DNA of 64,000 bases from an uncultured Candidatus Saccharibacteria bacterium (lineage in GTDB: Bacteria; Patescibacteriota; Minisyncoccia; Phycocordibacterales; UBA9973): positions 80,172-144,171 of the forward strand of contig CAYZYV010000001.1 in NCBI GenBank assembly GCA_964482735.1. Reading direction: 5' to 3'. A model generated the notes under the pieces. The model searched no databases and had not been told where the DNA came from. It saw only the letters and a list, made by a program, of their open reading frames with translations. This document shows positions 1 through 7,171 of the stretch, one piece after another. The stretch's first letter is position 1. Each line of letters begins with the position of its first letter. A program made the position numbers and the translations under genes.

Positions 1-132
1 CTATGTAAATCTCGAAAACCAGAGAAGTAAAAATATCCAACCAAAGCATCTACCTTATCGCAATTAGGTAAAATGCTCTTTAAGTTTGACGAAAGCGTAT
101 TATCACCGGTGTTTGTTATTGATGACGACATA

Positions 133-339
133 TTATTTTAAAAGTTCGTTAGTTGAAACACCTAACGCCTTGGCTAAGCTAGTAATGGTTGAAAGAGTTG
201 GATTATTTTTTCCATTCTCGATATTACTCACAAAAGATCGATCAACACTCAACATGCGAGCGAGTTCTATTTGGCTAATATCTTTTTTGATCCTAAGTTT
301 TTTGAGATTTTCTCCCAACTTTTTGGCATCATCTTTCAT
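133..339 (-). CDS. XRE-family helix-turn-helix transcriptional regulator (68 aa)
   Basis: Translation has the canonical HTH_3 pattern LKKLRIKKDISQIELARMLSVDRSFVSNIENGK. TATAAT lies 6 nt upstream of the ATG on the minus strand. Confidence 0.7.
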   Translation of the reverse strand: MKDDAKKLGENLKKLRIKKDISQIELARMLSVDRSFVSNIENGKNNPTLSTITSLAKALGVSTNELLK

Positions 340-385
340 ACAAAGATTATAGCATAGTTTGTTGTAATATAAAACAACAAAAACA

Positions 386-420
386 CCTCTCGAATTTGAG
401 AGGTGTTTTTGTTTGTAAAC
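386..420. terminator. Bidirectional rho-independent terminator, downstream of tRNA-Gln
   Basis: Perfect hairpin aaaacacctctc-gaattt-gagaggtgtttt flanked by A/T runs on both strands. Confidence 0.5.
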
Positions 421-445
421 TAGCTATCTTTGAGCTAGCTCAAGT

Positions 446-519
446 TGGCTGCGAGACTAGGACTCGAACCTAGATTAGCGGAGCCAGAGACCGCTGTCCT
501 ACCATTAGACGATCTCGCA
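446..519 (-). tRNA. tRNA-Gln (anticodon CUG), CCA encoded
   Basis: The reverse complement folds as a cloverleaf with U1:A72 and G73, the Gln identity set. D arm is GTCT/GGAC, anticodon loop is CTCTGGC with G37, T arm is CTAGG-TTCGAGT-CCTAG, and the 3' end is GCCA. Confidence 0.6.
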
Positions 520-565
520 ATAAAAGATCACAACAAAATATTACCACAAAACCTTAAAAAAACAA

Positions 566-1327
566 TTGTATTACTGGCTATTTTGGGGTAAAATACAAAA
601 CATGAATGAAGATAAAAAATATGGATATAAAGAAATAACAGCGGAAGATATTAGAAACGGAGGAATAACCCTTAACGCTATTGACGGAGAGGAGAAAAAG
701 CTATGCATGATTGAAGACGAATTTCGAACAGGAATGGATATCGTAAAAGACCTCCCGCCTTCTGTCACTTTTTACGGATCAGCAAGATTAAAAGAAGATC
801 ATCCTGAATACATCAGAGCATATAAATTAGCTTATCGTTTAGCAAAAGAACTTGGTTTTATCGTTATCACAGGTGGTGGTCCAGGAATTATGGAGGCTGC
901 AAACAAGGGTGCAAAAGATGCAGGAGTAGAATCAATTGGTTTAGCAATAAGACTACCTCACGAGCAACACACTAACCCTTATGTAACAAAAGAAGCTACT
1001 TTTAATTTCTTTTTCGCTAGACAAGTTTGTATGTCTTATACCACAGAAGCTTGTATCTTTTGCGCAGGAGGTTTTGGAACATTAAATGAACTTTTTGAAG
1101 TTTTAACTATTCTTCAAACAAAGAAAGTTGGAAAGTTCCCTGTAATCTTATACGGAGTAGAATTTTGGACACCTCTTAAACAAATCATAAAAGACTTTTT
1201 GGAAGATAAATATGAATTAGTTGGTGAAAATGACGATCAGATATTTGTTATAACCGACGACGAAGATGAGGTTTTAAATATCGTAAAGAAAACAGGTACA
1301 AGAGACGGAAGCGACGCCCTTTACTAA
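566..1327 (+). CDS. LOG-family protein (cytokinin riboside 5'-monophosphate phosphoribohydrolase / TIGR00730-like)
   Basis: GGGPGIMEAANKGA and the PGGFGTLNELFE motif are typical of the LOG / lysine-decarboxylase-like family. True start may be the internal MNEDKK at 602. Confidence 0.75.
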   Translation: MYYWLFWGKIQNMNEDKKYGYKEITAEDIRNGGITLNAIDGEEKKLCMIEDEFRTGMDIVKDLPPSVTFYGSARLKEDHPEYIRAYKLAYRLAKELGFIVITGGGPGIMEAANKGAKDAGVESIGLAIRLPHEQHTNPYVTKEATFNFFFARQVCMSYTTEACIFCAGGFGTLNELFEVLTILQTKKVGKFPVILYGVEFWTPLKQIIKDFLEDKYELVGENDDQIFVITDDEDEVLNIVKKTGTRDGSDALY

Positions 1328-1355
1328 AGAATAAAATCATAAATCCCACAAGTAA

Positions 1356-3041
1356 TTACTTGTGGGATTTATGATTTTTTATACAAGCGTTTACAAAAGC
1401 ATTAAATAAAGGATGTGGCTCCAGAGGCCTTGCATTAAATTCTGGATGGAACTGAGTCCCTAGGAAAAATGGATGTTTATTTTTTGGTAATTCAGCTATC
1501 TCGCACAAAAGTCCATCTGGAGATTTGCCTGAAAAAACCATTCCTGCTTTTTCTAGTTTGTCTACATAAGCATTGTTAACTTCATAACGATGTCTGTGTC
1601 TTTCAGAAATTTCTTTTTTACCATAAGCTTTTTTGGCCACACTGCCATCTTTTAGAATTGCTTTATAAGCACCAAGTCTCATACTTCCACCCATTAATCT
1701 TTGTTTTATTTTTTCCTTTTGATCTTCCATCTCATCAACTATCAAATTTTTTGAATTTGGATTTATTTCCTTTGTGTTAGCATCCTTTAATCCGAGAACA
1801 TTTCTAGCATACTCTATCACCATTAGTTGCATTCCATAGCAAAGACCAAAATATGGTATCTTGTTCTTTCTAGCATATTCTATTGTCTTGATTATTCCTT
1901 CTATTCCACGAGAACCAAAACCTCCTGGAACTATTATTCCATCATATTGTTTTAGTTCCTTTAATTTTCTAGCGTCTTTTTCATATTCTGTTGATGATAT
2001 CCATGTTAAAGTTGGTTTTCGTCCATAGAAATATGAAGAATATTTGACTGCCTCTATAACACTCAAATACGAATCTGAAAAAGTAAAATCTCCCGTATTA
2101 AAATACTTACCAACGACGGCTATCTTTAATTCTTTTTTTAAATCATACGTGGATTTTGCAAATTTCTGCCAAGGAGTAACACCTCTGTTTTTACGATAAG
2201 GCAGACCTATAGTTTCGCTAATGATTTTACCTAAATTTTCTTTTTCATAATTGCGTGGAATGTTATAAATACTATCAACATCGGGAGATGAAATCACTCT
2301 GTCCTTAGAAATGTTACAGAACATTGAAATTTTCTCTTTTCGAGGGTCGTCTAGAGGCACTCGGCTTCTCGCTAGTATTATATCTGGTTGTATTCCCGAA
2401 GAATTAAGGGTACGGACGGCATATTGTGTTGGTTTTGTTTTCATCTCCCCAACCTTTGAAGGTATAGGTAAAAATGAAACCATCACAAAGAAGACATCTT
2501 TTGGATTTTTGATTTTCATCATTCTAGCAGCTTCCAAGAAAAGCATGTTTTGGTATTCTCCCACAGTTCCACCTATCTCTATCATTACGACGTTTGCGTT
2601 AGCTTTGTCTCTCGCTTCTTCAATACGACGAATAACTTCTAGCGGTATGTGAGGAACCACCTCTACACATTTTCCACCGTATTCCAGATTCCTTTCTCTT
2701 TTTATAACATTCTCATAAACCCTCCCCGTCGTCATGTAATTAATGTTTGGTAAGGTGGTGTTTAAAAATCTTTCATAATTACCCATATCTTGATCACACT
2801 CATATCCATCATCCAATACAAAAACTTCCCCGTGTTCTGTCGGATTCATCGTTCCCGCGTCTATATTTATATACGGATCTATTTTTATGGAAGTTACTCT
2901 GTGACCTTGATCAAGTAGTATTCTCCCTATAGAAGAAGAAGCCACCCCTTTACCTACACCTGAAATTACTCCACCGACGACAAAGATATACTTACAGTTA
3001 CTTTTCTTGTGTATATTTTTTGTCGATAGTGTGGTCTTCAT
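1356..3041 (-). CDS. pyrG: CTP synthase
   Basis: 561 aa. N-terminal synthetase P-loop GGVISGVGKG. C-terminal glutamine amidotransferase with GLCYGMQL and the HPEF motif. Confidence 0.9.
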   Translation of the reverse strand: MKTTLSTKNIHKKSNCKYIFVVGGVISGVGKGVASSSIGRILLDQGHRVTSIKIDPYINIDAGTMNPTEHGEVFVLDDGYECDQDMGNYERFLNTTLPNINYMTTGRVYENVIKRERNLEYGGKCVEVVPHIPLEVIRRIEEARDKANANVVMIEIGGTVGEYQNMLFLEAARMMKIKNPKDVFFVMVSFLPIPSKVGEMKTKPTQYAVRTLNSSGIQPDIILARSRVPLDDPRKEKISMFCNISKDRVISSPDVDSIYNIPRNYEKENLGKIISETIGLPYRKNRGVTPWQKFAKSTYDLKKELKIAVVGKYFNTGDFTFSDSYLSVIEAVKYSSYFYGRKPTLTWISSTEYEKDARKLKELKQYDGIIVPGGFGSRGIEGIIKTIEYARKNKIPYFGLCYGMQLMVIEYARNVLGLKDANTKEINPNSKNLIVDEMEDQKEKIKQRLMGGSMRLGAYKAILKDGSVAKKAYGKKEISERHRHRYEVNNAYVDKLEKAGMVFSGKSPDGLLCEIAELPKNKHPFFLGTQFHPEFNARPLEPHPLFNAFVNACIKNHKSHK

Positions 3042-3042
3042 G

Positions 3043-3993
3043 TTATCTCTTTAAGTATTTATGGACAGCAAAGAAACTAGATATTCCTCCTATGATAGTT
3101 CCAGAGCCGAGCATTATAATAAATAATTGTAAGAAGTTAGATTTATAGTAAGAAAATAGATTTATTCCTATAAATTCTGTCATTTGATTACCAAGCCATA
3201 TCGAAACAGGAATAAAGATTATCATCGTTGCCAATGAAGCGATAACTCCCACGATGATTCCAGACACGATAAATGGTCCGCGAATATAGTCACCTCCTGC
3301 ACCAACCAATTTCATAACACCTATTTCTTCTCGTGATATATAGATAATTAATTTAACAGTACTAAATGTTATCACCAAAGAAATAATGACTAGAATCAAA
3401 GATACAGCAAAGCCTAATTGCTTGGCTCCATTGATTATCGAAGTCAATCTATCTATAACCATTTTATTCTGACTATAATCTATTTTATCTATAATCATCA
3501 ATTCTCCTCGCGAGATTGTATTTTCACTTTCAAAATACTTAGAAATGCTTTCATATTGAGACGGATCTTTTGCTCTGACATTCAAAGATGCTCCTAGTGG
3601 ATTTTCACCTAATTCTTCGAGGGCTTGTAATGTTAAATAATCGTTAGCATGTTTCTCTTTAAAGTCCATTAATGCTTGGTCTTCAGAAACGTACTCAATA
3701 TCTTTAACTTCTGGTAATTTTTCGAGAGATTCTTTGATATTTAGGATAGATGTTTCAGAAGCATTAGGAACAAAATAAACAGTTACGTCTACCTTATCTT
3801 TTATTTCATTAAGGGAAGCATTAAGAGCTGCTTGTATAAAGACAAGAGAAGTAATAACAAACAAGGTGATTGTCATTATCAGAACGCTAGCAACAGAAGT
3901 AAAACCACTTCTTTTAAAGTTACGACATCCAGATATTACAACTCTTTTAAATTTAATAAAATTCATATTTTTATTATAGCATGTACTTGCCAT
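3043..3993 (-). CDS. ftsX: Cell-division ABC transporter permease FtsX
   Basis: N-terminal TM, periplasmic domain and three C-terminal TM helices. Overlaps the upstream ftsE by 20 nt. Confidence 0.75.
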   Translation of the reverse strand: MASTCYNKNMNFIKFKRVVISGCRNFKRSGFTSVASVLIMTITLFVITSLVFIQAALNASLNEIKDKVDVTVYFVPNASETSILNIKESLEKLPEVKDIEYVSEDQALMDFKEKHANDYLTLQALEELGENPLGASLNVRAKDPSQYESISKYFESENTISRGELMIIDKIDYSQNKMVIDRLTSIINGAKQLGFAVSLILVIISLVITFSTVKLIIYISREEIGVMKLVGAGGDYIRGPFIVSGIIVGVIASLATMIIFIPVSIWLGNQMTEFIGINLFSYYKSNFLQLFIIMLGSGTIIGGISSFFAVHKYLKR

Positions 3994-4699
3994 CTTTATC
4001 GTCTCTTACTATGCGACCATTTTCTAGTGTAATAACTCTCTTTTTAACTTGGTCTATGACTGTCCTATTGTGAGTTGTTAAAATGACAGTTGTCCCCAAT
4101 TCGTTAATTTTCTTTAATAAATTAACAACATCGTTTGTGTTTATTGGATCAAGATTCCCAGTTGGTTCGTCAGCAATAATTATATCTGGTTGAGTAATTA
4201 TTGCACGGGCTATAGCAAGTCTCTGTTTCTCACCACCAGACAACTGATGAGGGAAATTATTTTCTTTTCCATTTAAGCCTACCAATTCTAAGACTCTAGG
4301 GACATCTTCTTTTATCTCATCCTCATCTTTATCTACAGCCTCCATAGCAAAAGCAATGTTCTCATAGACGGTTTTGTTGGGTAAAAGACGAAAATCCTGA
4401 AAAACTGTTCCGATTTTTCTTCTTAATTTAGTTAATTCTTTACTTGTTAGCTTAGTAATATCTGTTGAGTCAAAAAAGATAGAGCCTTTGGAAGGATCTT
4501 CTTCTGCCAAAATCAATTTAGTTAATGTTGTCTTTCCTGCTCCCGAATGTCCAACGATAGAAACAAACTCCCCTTGAGAGATTGTAATATTAATGTCCTC
4601 AAGACAAACATTGTCCGAATATTTTTTTGTTACATTATTAAAATAAATCATTGTCTTTGTTATGATATCACAAATCCTTTTCCGCTTCAATAAAATCAT
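3974..4699 (-). CDS. ftsE: Cell-division ABC transporter ATP-binding protein FtsE
   Basis: Walker A GHSGAGKTTL, signature LSGGEKQRLAIARA, Walker B IIIADEPTGNLD. Likely true start is the internal MIYFNNV near 4651. Confidence 0.85.
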   Translation of the reverse strand: MILLKRKRICDIITKTMIYFNNVTKKYSDNVCLEDINITISQGEFVSIVGHSGAGKTTLTKLILAEEDPSKGSIFFDSTDITKLTSKELTKLRRKIGTVFQDFRLLPNKTVYENIAFAMEAVDKDEDEIKEDVPRVLELVGLNGKENNFPHQLSGGEKQRLAIARAIITQPDIIIADEPTGNLDPINTNDVVNLLKKINELGTTVILTTHNRTVIDQVKKRVITLENGRIVRDDKDGKYML

Positions 4700-5555
4700 C
4701 TAATTCACCATCTTGTAAAACAGCATCCACCTTACTAGTTTCCATTAGGGTGCGATGGTCTTTGATCATTTTATAAGGATGGAGGACGTAAGACCTGATT
4801 TGGCTTCCCCACTCTATTTCTGTTGTTTTTGATATAGAAAAACCTTCTTTTTCTCTCTTTTTATCGTCTTCCTGTTTTTTATAAATTTTGCCCTTCAACA
4901 TCTCCATGGCCTTTTCTTTGTTTTGTTCTTGGGAACGTTCGCTTGTTACGTGGACAGAGATATTTGTGGGTATGTGAACTATCCGGACCGCTGTCTCTCT
5001 TTTGTTCACATTCTGTCCTCCAGGACCCCCAGCTTTCGAAAGTTCTATTCTGATGTCGTCTGGAGATATTTCTATTTCTTTATCATTCTTCTCAAACTCT
5101 GGTACAACTTCTACAAGCGAAAATGATGTGTGGCGAAGAGATTTGGCATTAAATGGTGAGATACGAACAAGACGATGAACTCCAGATTCGTTCTTTAATG
5201 TTCCATAAGCATTTTTACCTATTATTTCTAATGAAACATTTCGATATCCACCTAAGTCGTTTTTATTTTCGTGAATTATGCTATATGAAAAATTTTTTCT
5301 ATCAAGAAATTTCATATACATTCGCAAAAGCATGGCCGAGAAATCTTCTGCATCATCTCCTCCTGCTCCAGACAGGATAGATAAAATACAATTGCCCCTA
5401 TCATATTTGCCGACACCTTGAAGTTGATCTTTTAGTTCATTCATCCTCTTAATGACATTCTGAGCATTAACCTTATCATCCCAAAAGTTAACTTGAAGCA
5501 TTTGATCTTCAAGATTTTTTAATTCTTCTTCTATTTTTATCTTATCACTATCCAT
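4668..5555 (-). CDS. prfB: Peptide chain release factor 2; short N-terminus, no programmed frameshift
   Basis: GGQ motif GGQNVNKRETAVRIVHIPT. SPF tripeptide (RISPFNAK) marks RF2 rather than RF1. The listed ORF's first 20 codons are the antisense of tRNA-Thr, so the real start is taken as MDSDKIKIEE at 5555. Confidence 0.8.
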   Translation of the reverse strand: MDSDKIKIEEELKNLEDQMLQVNFWDDKVNAQNVIKRMNELKDQLQGVGKYDRGNCILSILSGAGGDDAEDFSAMLLRMYMKFLDRKNFSYSIIHENKNDLGGYRNVSLEIIGKNAYGTLKNESGVHRLVRISPFNAKSLRHTSFSLVEVVPEFEKNDKEIEISPDDIRIELSKAGGPGGQNVNKRETAVRIVHIPTNISVHVTSERSQEQNKEKAMEMLKGKIYKKQEDDKKREKEGFSISKTTEIEWGSQIRSYVLHPYKMIKDHRTLMETSKVDAVLQDGELDDFIEAEKDL

Positions 5556-5630
5556 GGAGCCGAAGGTCAGGATTGAACTGACGACCTGCGGTTTACGATA
5601 CCGCCGCTCTACCAACTGAGCTACTTCGGC
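5555..5630 (-). tRNA. tRNA-Thr (anticodon CGU), CCA encoded
   Basis: Cloverleaf GCCGAAG / TAGCTCAGTTGGTAGAGC / GCGGT-ATCGTAA-ACCGC / GTCAG-TTCAATC-CTGAC / CTTCGGC-T-CCA. Its last A is the A of the prfB ATG. Confidence 0.8.
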
Positions 5631-5659
5631 TTAGTGATTTTTTTAAAAAATCTAAATTG

Positions 5660-5718
5660 AGCCCACGATCGGAATTGAACCGATGACCTCGCCCTTACCA
5701 TGGGTGTGCTCTACCAAC
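5660..5718 (-). pseudogene. tRNA-Thr(GGU)-like 3' two-thirds lacking a 5' acceptor/D arm (pseudo-tRNA)
   Basis: Nearly identical to 5782-5854 from the D-stem 3' strand through the acceptor 3' strand. That stretch is GGTAGAGCACACCCATGGTAAGGGCGAGGTCATCGGTTCAATTCCGATCGTGGGCT. The 5' part is replaced by the 40-bp repeat at 5719-5758. Confidence 0.5.
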
Positions 5719-5758
5719 TCCTGCCCGCAATGCTTAAAGCATAGCTTTTGCAGGCGGG
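5719..5758. repeat. 40-bp GC-rich repeat CCTGCCCGCAATGCYTAAAGCATAGCTTTTGCAGGCGGG (copy 1 of 3)
   Basis: Same sequence at 63161-63199, with a variant at 63123-63160. It contains the crossed complementary blocks CCTGC/GCAGG and CCGC/GCGG. Confidence 0.6.
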
Positions 5759-5781
5759 GAGCTACAAAACTTCATCCGCTG

Positions 5782-5854
5782 AGCCGTTGATCGGGATTGA
5801 ACCGATGACCTCGCCCTTACCATGGGCGTGCTCTACCAACTGAGCTACAACGGC
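5782..5854 (-). tRNA. tRNA-Thr (anticodon GGU)
   Basis: GCCGTTG / TAGCTCAGTTGGTAGAGC / CGCCC-ATGGTAA-GGGCG / ATCGG-TTCAATC-CCGAT / CAACGGC-T. CCA is not encoded. Confidence 0.8.
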
Positions 5855-5944
5855 TTATGGTTTTATTATATTACTATTTTTTTGTCTTTTTTACAATTAT
5901 CCTTGCATTTTTTTGGATTTTGGGTTATTATGCTTTTTATACAT

Positions 5945-6009
5945 CGCGGGATAGAGAAAAGGTATCTCGCAAAGGAATAATAGCTCGAATGACCTAAGGT
6001 TATGAGCCT
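5945..6009 (+). repeat. Partial direct copy of the initiator-tRNA 5' end plus an inverted copy of its anticodon arm
   Basis: 5945-5969 is CGCGGGATAGAGAAAAGGTATCTCG and matches tRNA positions 1-25 at 6059 with one change. 5993-6009 is CCTAAGGTTATGAGCCT, the reverse complement of the anticodon arm at 6083-6099. Confidence 0.55.
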
Positions 6010-6058
6010 GTTCCTTAAAAGGTTAGTTTTTGCATTTAAGTTTAAAGTTTGTACATAT

Positions 6059-6129
6059 CGCGGGATAGAGAAATGGTATCTCGTAAGGCTCATAACCTTA
6101 AGATCTTGGTTCAATTCCAAGTCCCGCAA
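6059..6129 (+). tRNA. tRNA-Met (CAU), initiator-like with a C1:A72 mismatch
   Basis: CGCGGGA / TA / GAGA-AATGGTA-TCTC / G / TAAGG-CTCATAA-CCTTA / AGAT / CTTGG-TTCAATT-CCAAG / TCCCGCA / A. Unpaired C1-A72 resembles bacterial tRNA-fMet, but the anticodon stem has only two G-C pairs. Confidence 0.65.
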
Positions 6130-6212
6130 CATTTATTTATAACCTATTTTAATAGAGGGTTTTTAAGGTTGAAAATATATTAAAATATGCTATATTTATA
6201 TCGCACAGATAG

Positions 6213-6290
6213 ATGTTGGTGTAGCTGTTTTGGTTAGGTTATATGTGAAATATGTCGGTGTAGCTGTTTTGGTTAGGTTATATGTGAAAT
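6213..6290 (+). repeat. 2 x 39-bp tandem repeat, a degenerate copy of the tRNA-Met 5' end and leader
   Basis: Unit ATGTYGGTGTAGCTGTTTTGGTTAGGTTATATGTGAAAT occurs twice. The third unit runs into the real tRNA, ATGTCGGTGTAGCTCAGCTGGTTAGAGC. The D loop CAGC is replaced by GTTT in the decoy copies. Confidence 0.7.
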
Positions 6291-6292
6291 AT

Positions 6293-6366
6293 GTCGGTGT
6301 AGCTCAGCTGGTTAGAGCGTGGGACTCATAAGCCCAAGGTCGGAGGTCCGAGCCCTCCCACCGACA
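6293..6366 (+). tRNA. tRNA-Met (CAU), elongator-type
   Basis: GTCGGTG / TAGCTCAGCTGGTTAGAGC / TGGGA-CTCATAA-GCCCA / GGAGG-TCCGAGC-CCTCC / CACCGAC-A. Resembles Bacillus elongator tRNA-Met. A lysidine-type tRNA-Ile2 is less likely given the tRNA-Ile(UAU) at 36116. Confidence 0.7.
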
Positions 6367-6367
6367 C

Positions 6368-6586
6368 ATGAAAATAAAGAAAATACAAAAAATTAGTTTA
6401 ATATCATTTCTGTCTTGCATGATTCTATGTACCTGTTTGGCTATATTTATGATTTGGAACGAACCAAAGGATTTTGGCGTAATTAATCAATTAACTCTTA
6501 CCTTCTTTATTATTGGGTTAGCTTCTTTTTTAACATGGATTACTGTTATAATATTAGAAATTAAAAGGGGTATTGAAAAAAAATAA
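6368..6586 (+). CDS. Hypothetical small membrane protein (72 aa, two predicted TM helices)
   Basis: ORF starts 2 nt after the tRNA-Met 3' end. Only hydrophobic helices, no recognisable motif. Confidence 0.3.
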   Translation: MKIKKIQKISLISFLSCMILCTCLAIFMIWNEPKDFGVINQLTLTFFIIGLASFLTWITVIILEIKRGIEKK

Positions 6587-6651
6587 GTTTTAGGTTAAGA
6601 TAATACTTGCAGAAAAGAAAAACATGCTTTGTTAAAAAACAAATAACACAT

Positions 6652-6725
6652 GCAGCCGTAGCTCAACTGGTTAGAGCACCCGCCTGTCACGCGGGAGGTT
6701 GAGGGTTCAAGTCCCTTCGACTGCG
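6652..6725 (+). tRNA. tRNA-Asp (anticodon GUC)
   Basis: GCAGCCG / TAGCTCAACTGGTTAGAGC / CCCGC-CTGTCAC-GCGGG / GAGGG-TTCAAGT-CCCTT / CGACTGC-G. Anticodon arm identical to E. coli tRNA-Asp. Confidence 0.85.
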
Positions 6726-6735
6726 CAAATAAAAA

Positions 6736-6765
6736 AAGAAGCCTAAATGGCTTCTTTTTTTCAGT
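6736..6765 (+). terminator. Rho-independent terminator after tRNA-Asp
   Basis: GAAGCC-TAAAT-GGCTTC followed by TTTTTTT. Confidence 0.55.
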
Positions 6766-7060
6766 CGAAGGGACTTGAAAGACGGAGCACGACGGTGCGA
6801 GGCGGGGTCGCGAGATTTTTCAGCAGAAAAATACTTGTGACCAAGTCCCTCGTTTTGTATTTTATTTATATATACTGGGTGATTTTGTTTTTTGCATAAG
6901 AAGGGACTTGAACCGGGGGCTTGCGAAGCCCGCGACAGCGGAAAGCCCGAGTGGAGGTCAATGAAGTGAGATATTTTATGAGTGATAACGAAATAAAATA
7001 TCCACGAGAGTGACCAAGTCCCCCATTTTGCCTGCGTAGGGACTTGAACAGCGGAGTCAT
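6766..7060. repeat. Non-coding block of tRNA-derived fragments and mini-elements (GGGACTTGAA motif five times, both orientations)
   Basis: Inverted copy of the tRNA-Asp 3' end (CAGTCGAAGGGACTTGAA) at 6762-6780. TIR-like GGGACTTGAA / TTCAAGTCCC pairs bracket cores at 6770-6848 and 6899-7020. Confidence 0.55.
6941..7012. repeat. ~62-bp hairpin element, copy A; copy B at 39911-39985
   Basis: GAGTGGRGGTC...GTGAGATATTTTATGAGTGRTAACGAAATAAAATATCCACGAGAGTGACC, about 90% identical between the two loci. Contains a perfect stem GATATTTTAT / ATAAAATATC. Confidence 0.6.
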
Positions 7061-7171
7061 ATTTTTCTAACAAGAAAAATAGACGAGTTAGTGACTAGAC
7101 AAAAATTTTTGACAAAAGTGTTTTTTGAGAATAAGCTATAATTAAAATAAACCTTTTAAAAACTTAATAAC

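Noticed and set aside
86-352. 88-aa plus-strand ORF
   Set aside because: Lies antisense to the XRE-family HTH gene, which has a clear motif. The plus-strand ORF has none.
2311-2652. 113-aa plus-strand ORF
   Set aside because: Antisense inside pyrG. The antisense ORFs inside pilD (15711-16178), ftsH (37474-37911) and rplE (58007-58396) were rejected on the same grounds.
5556-5615. N-terminal 20 codons of the listed RF2 ORF (MVERRYRKPQVVSSILTFGS)
   Set aside because: They are the reverse complement of tRNA-Thr(CGU). The start was moved to MDSD at 5555.
4668-5615. Programmed +1 frameshift in prfB
   Set aside because: No upstream short ORF is possible because the tRNA occupies that space, and no CUUUGAC-type site is visible at the 5' end. 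The gene appears to be unframeshifted.
5651-5758. tRNA with an intron
   Set aside because: The 40-bp insert replaces the acceptor/D arm rather than interrupting the anticodon loop, and no 5' acceptor strand complementary to CGTGGGC exists upstream. A pseudo-tRNA is more likely.
5866-6132. 88-aa minus-strand ORF
   Set aside because: Covers the initiator-like tRNA and its partial duplicates. It is an artefact of tRNA-derived sequence.
6687-7073. 128-aa and 64-aa minus-strand ORFs
   Set aside because: They span the tRNA-Asp 3' end and the repeat block of T-arm fragments. Composition is Arg/Gly/Ser-rich because of the GC-rich repeats, not a real protein.
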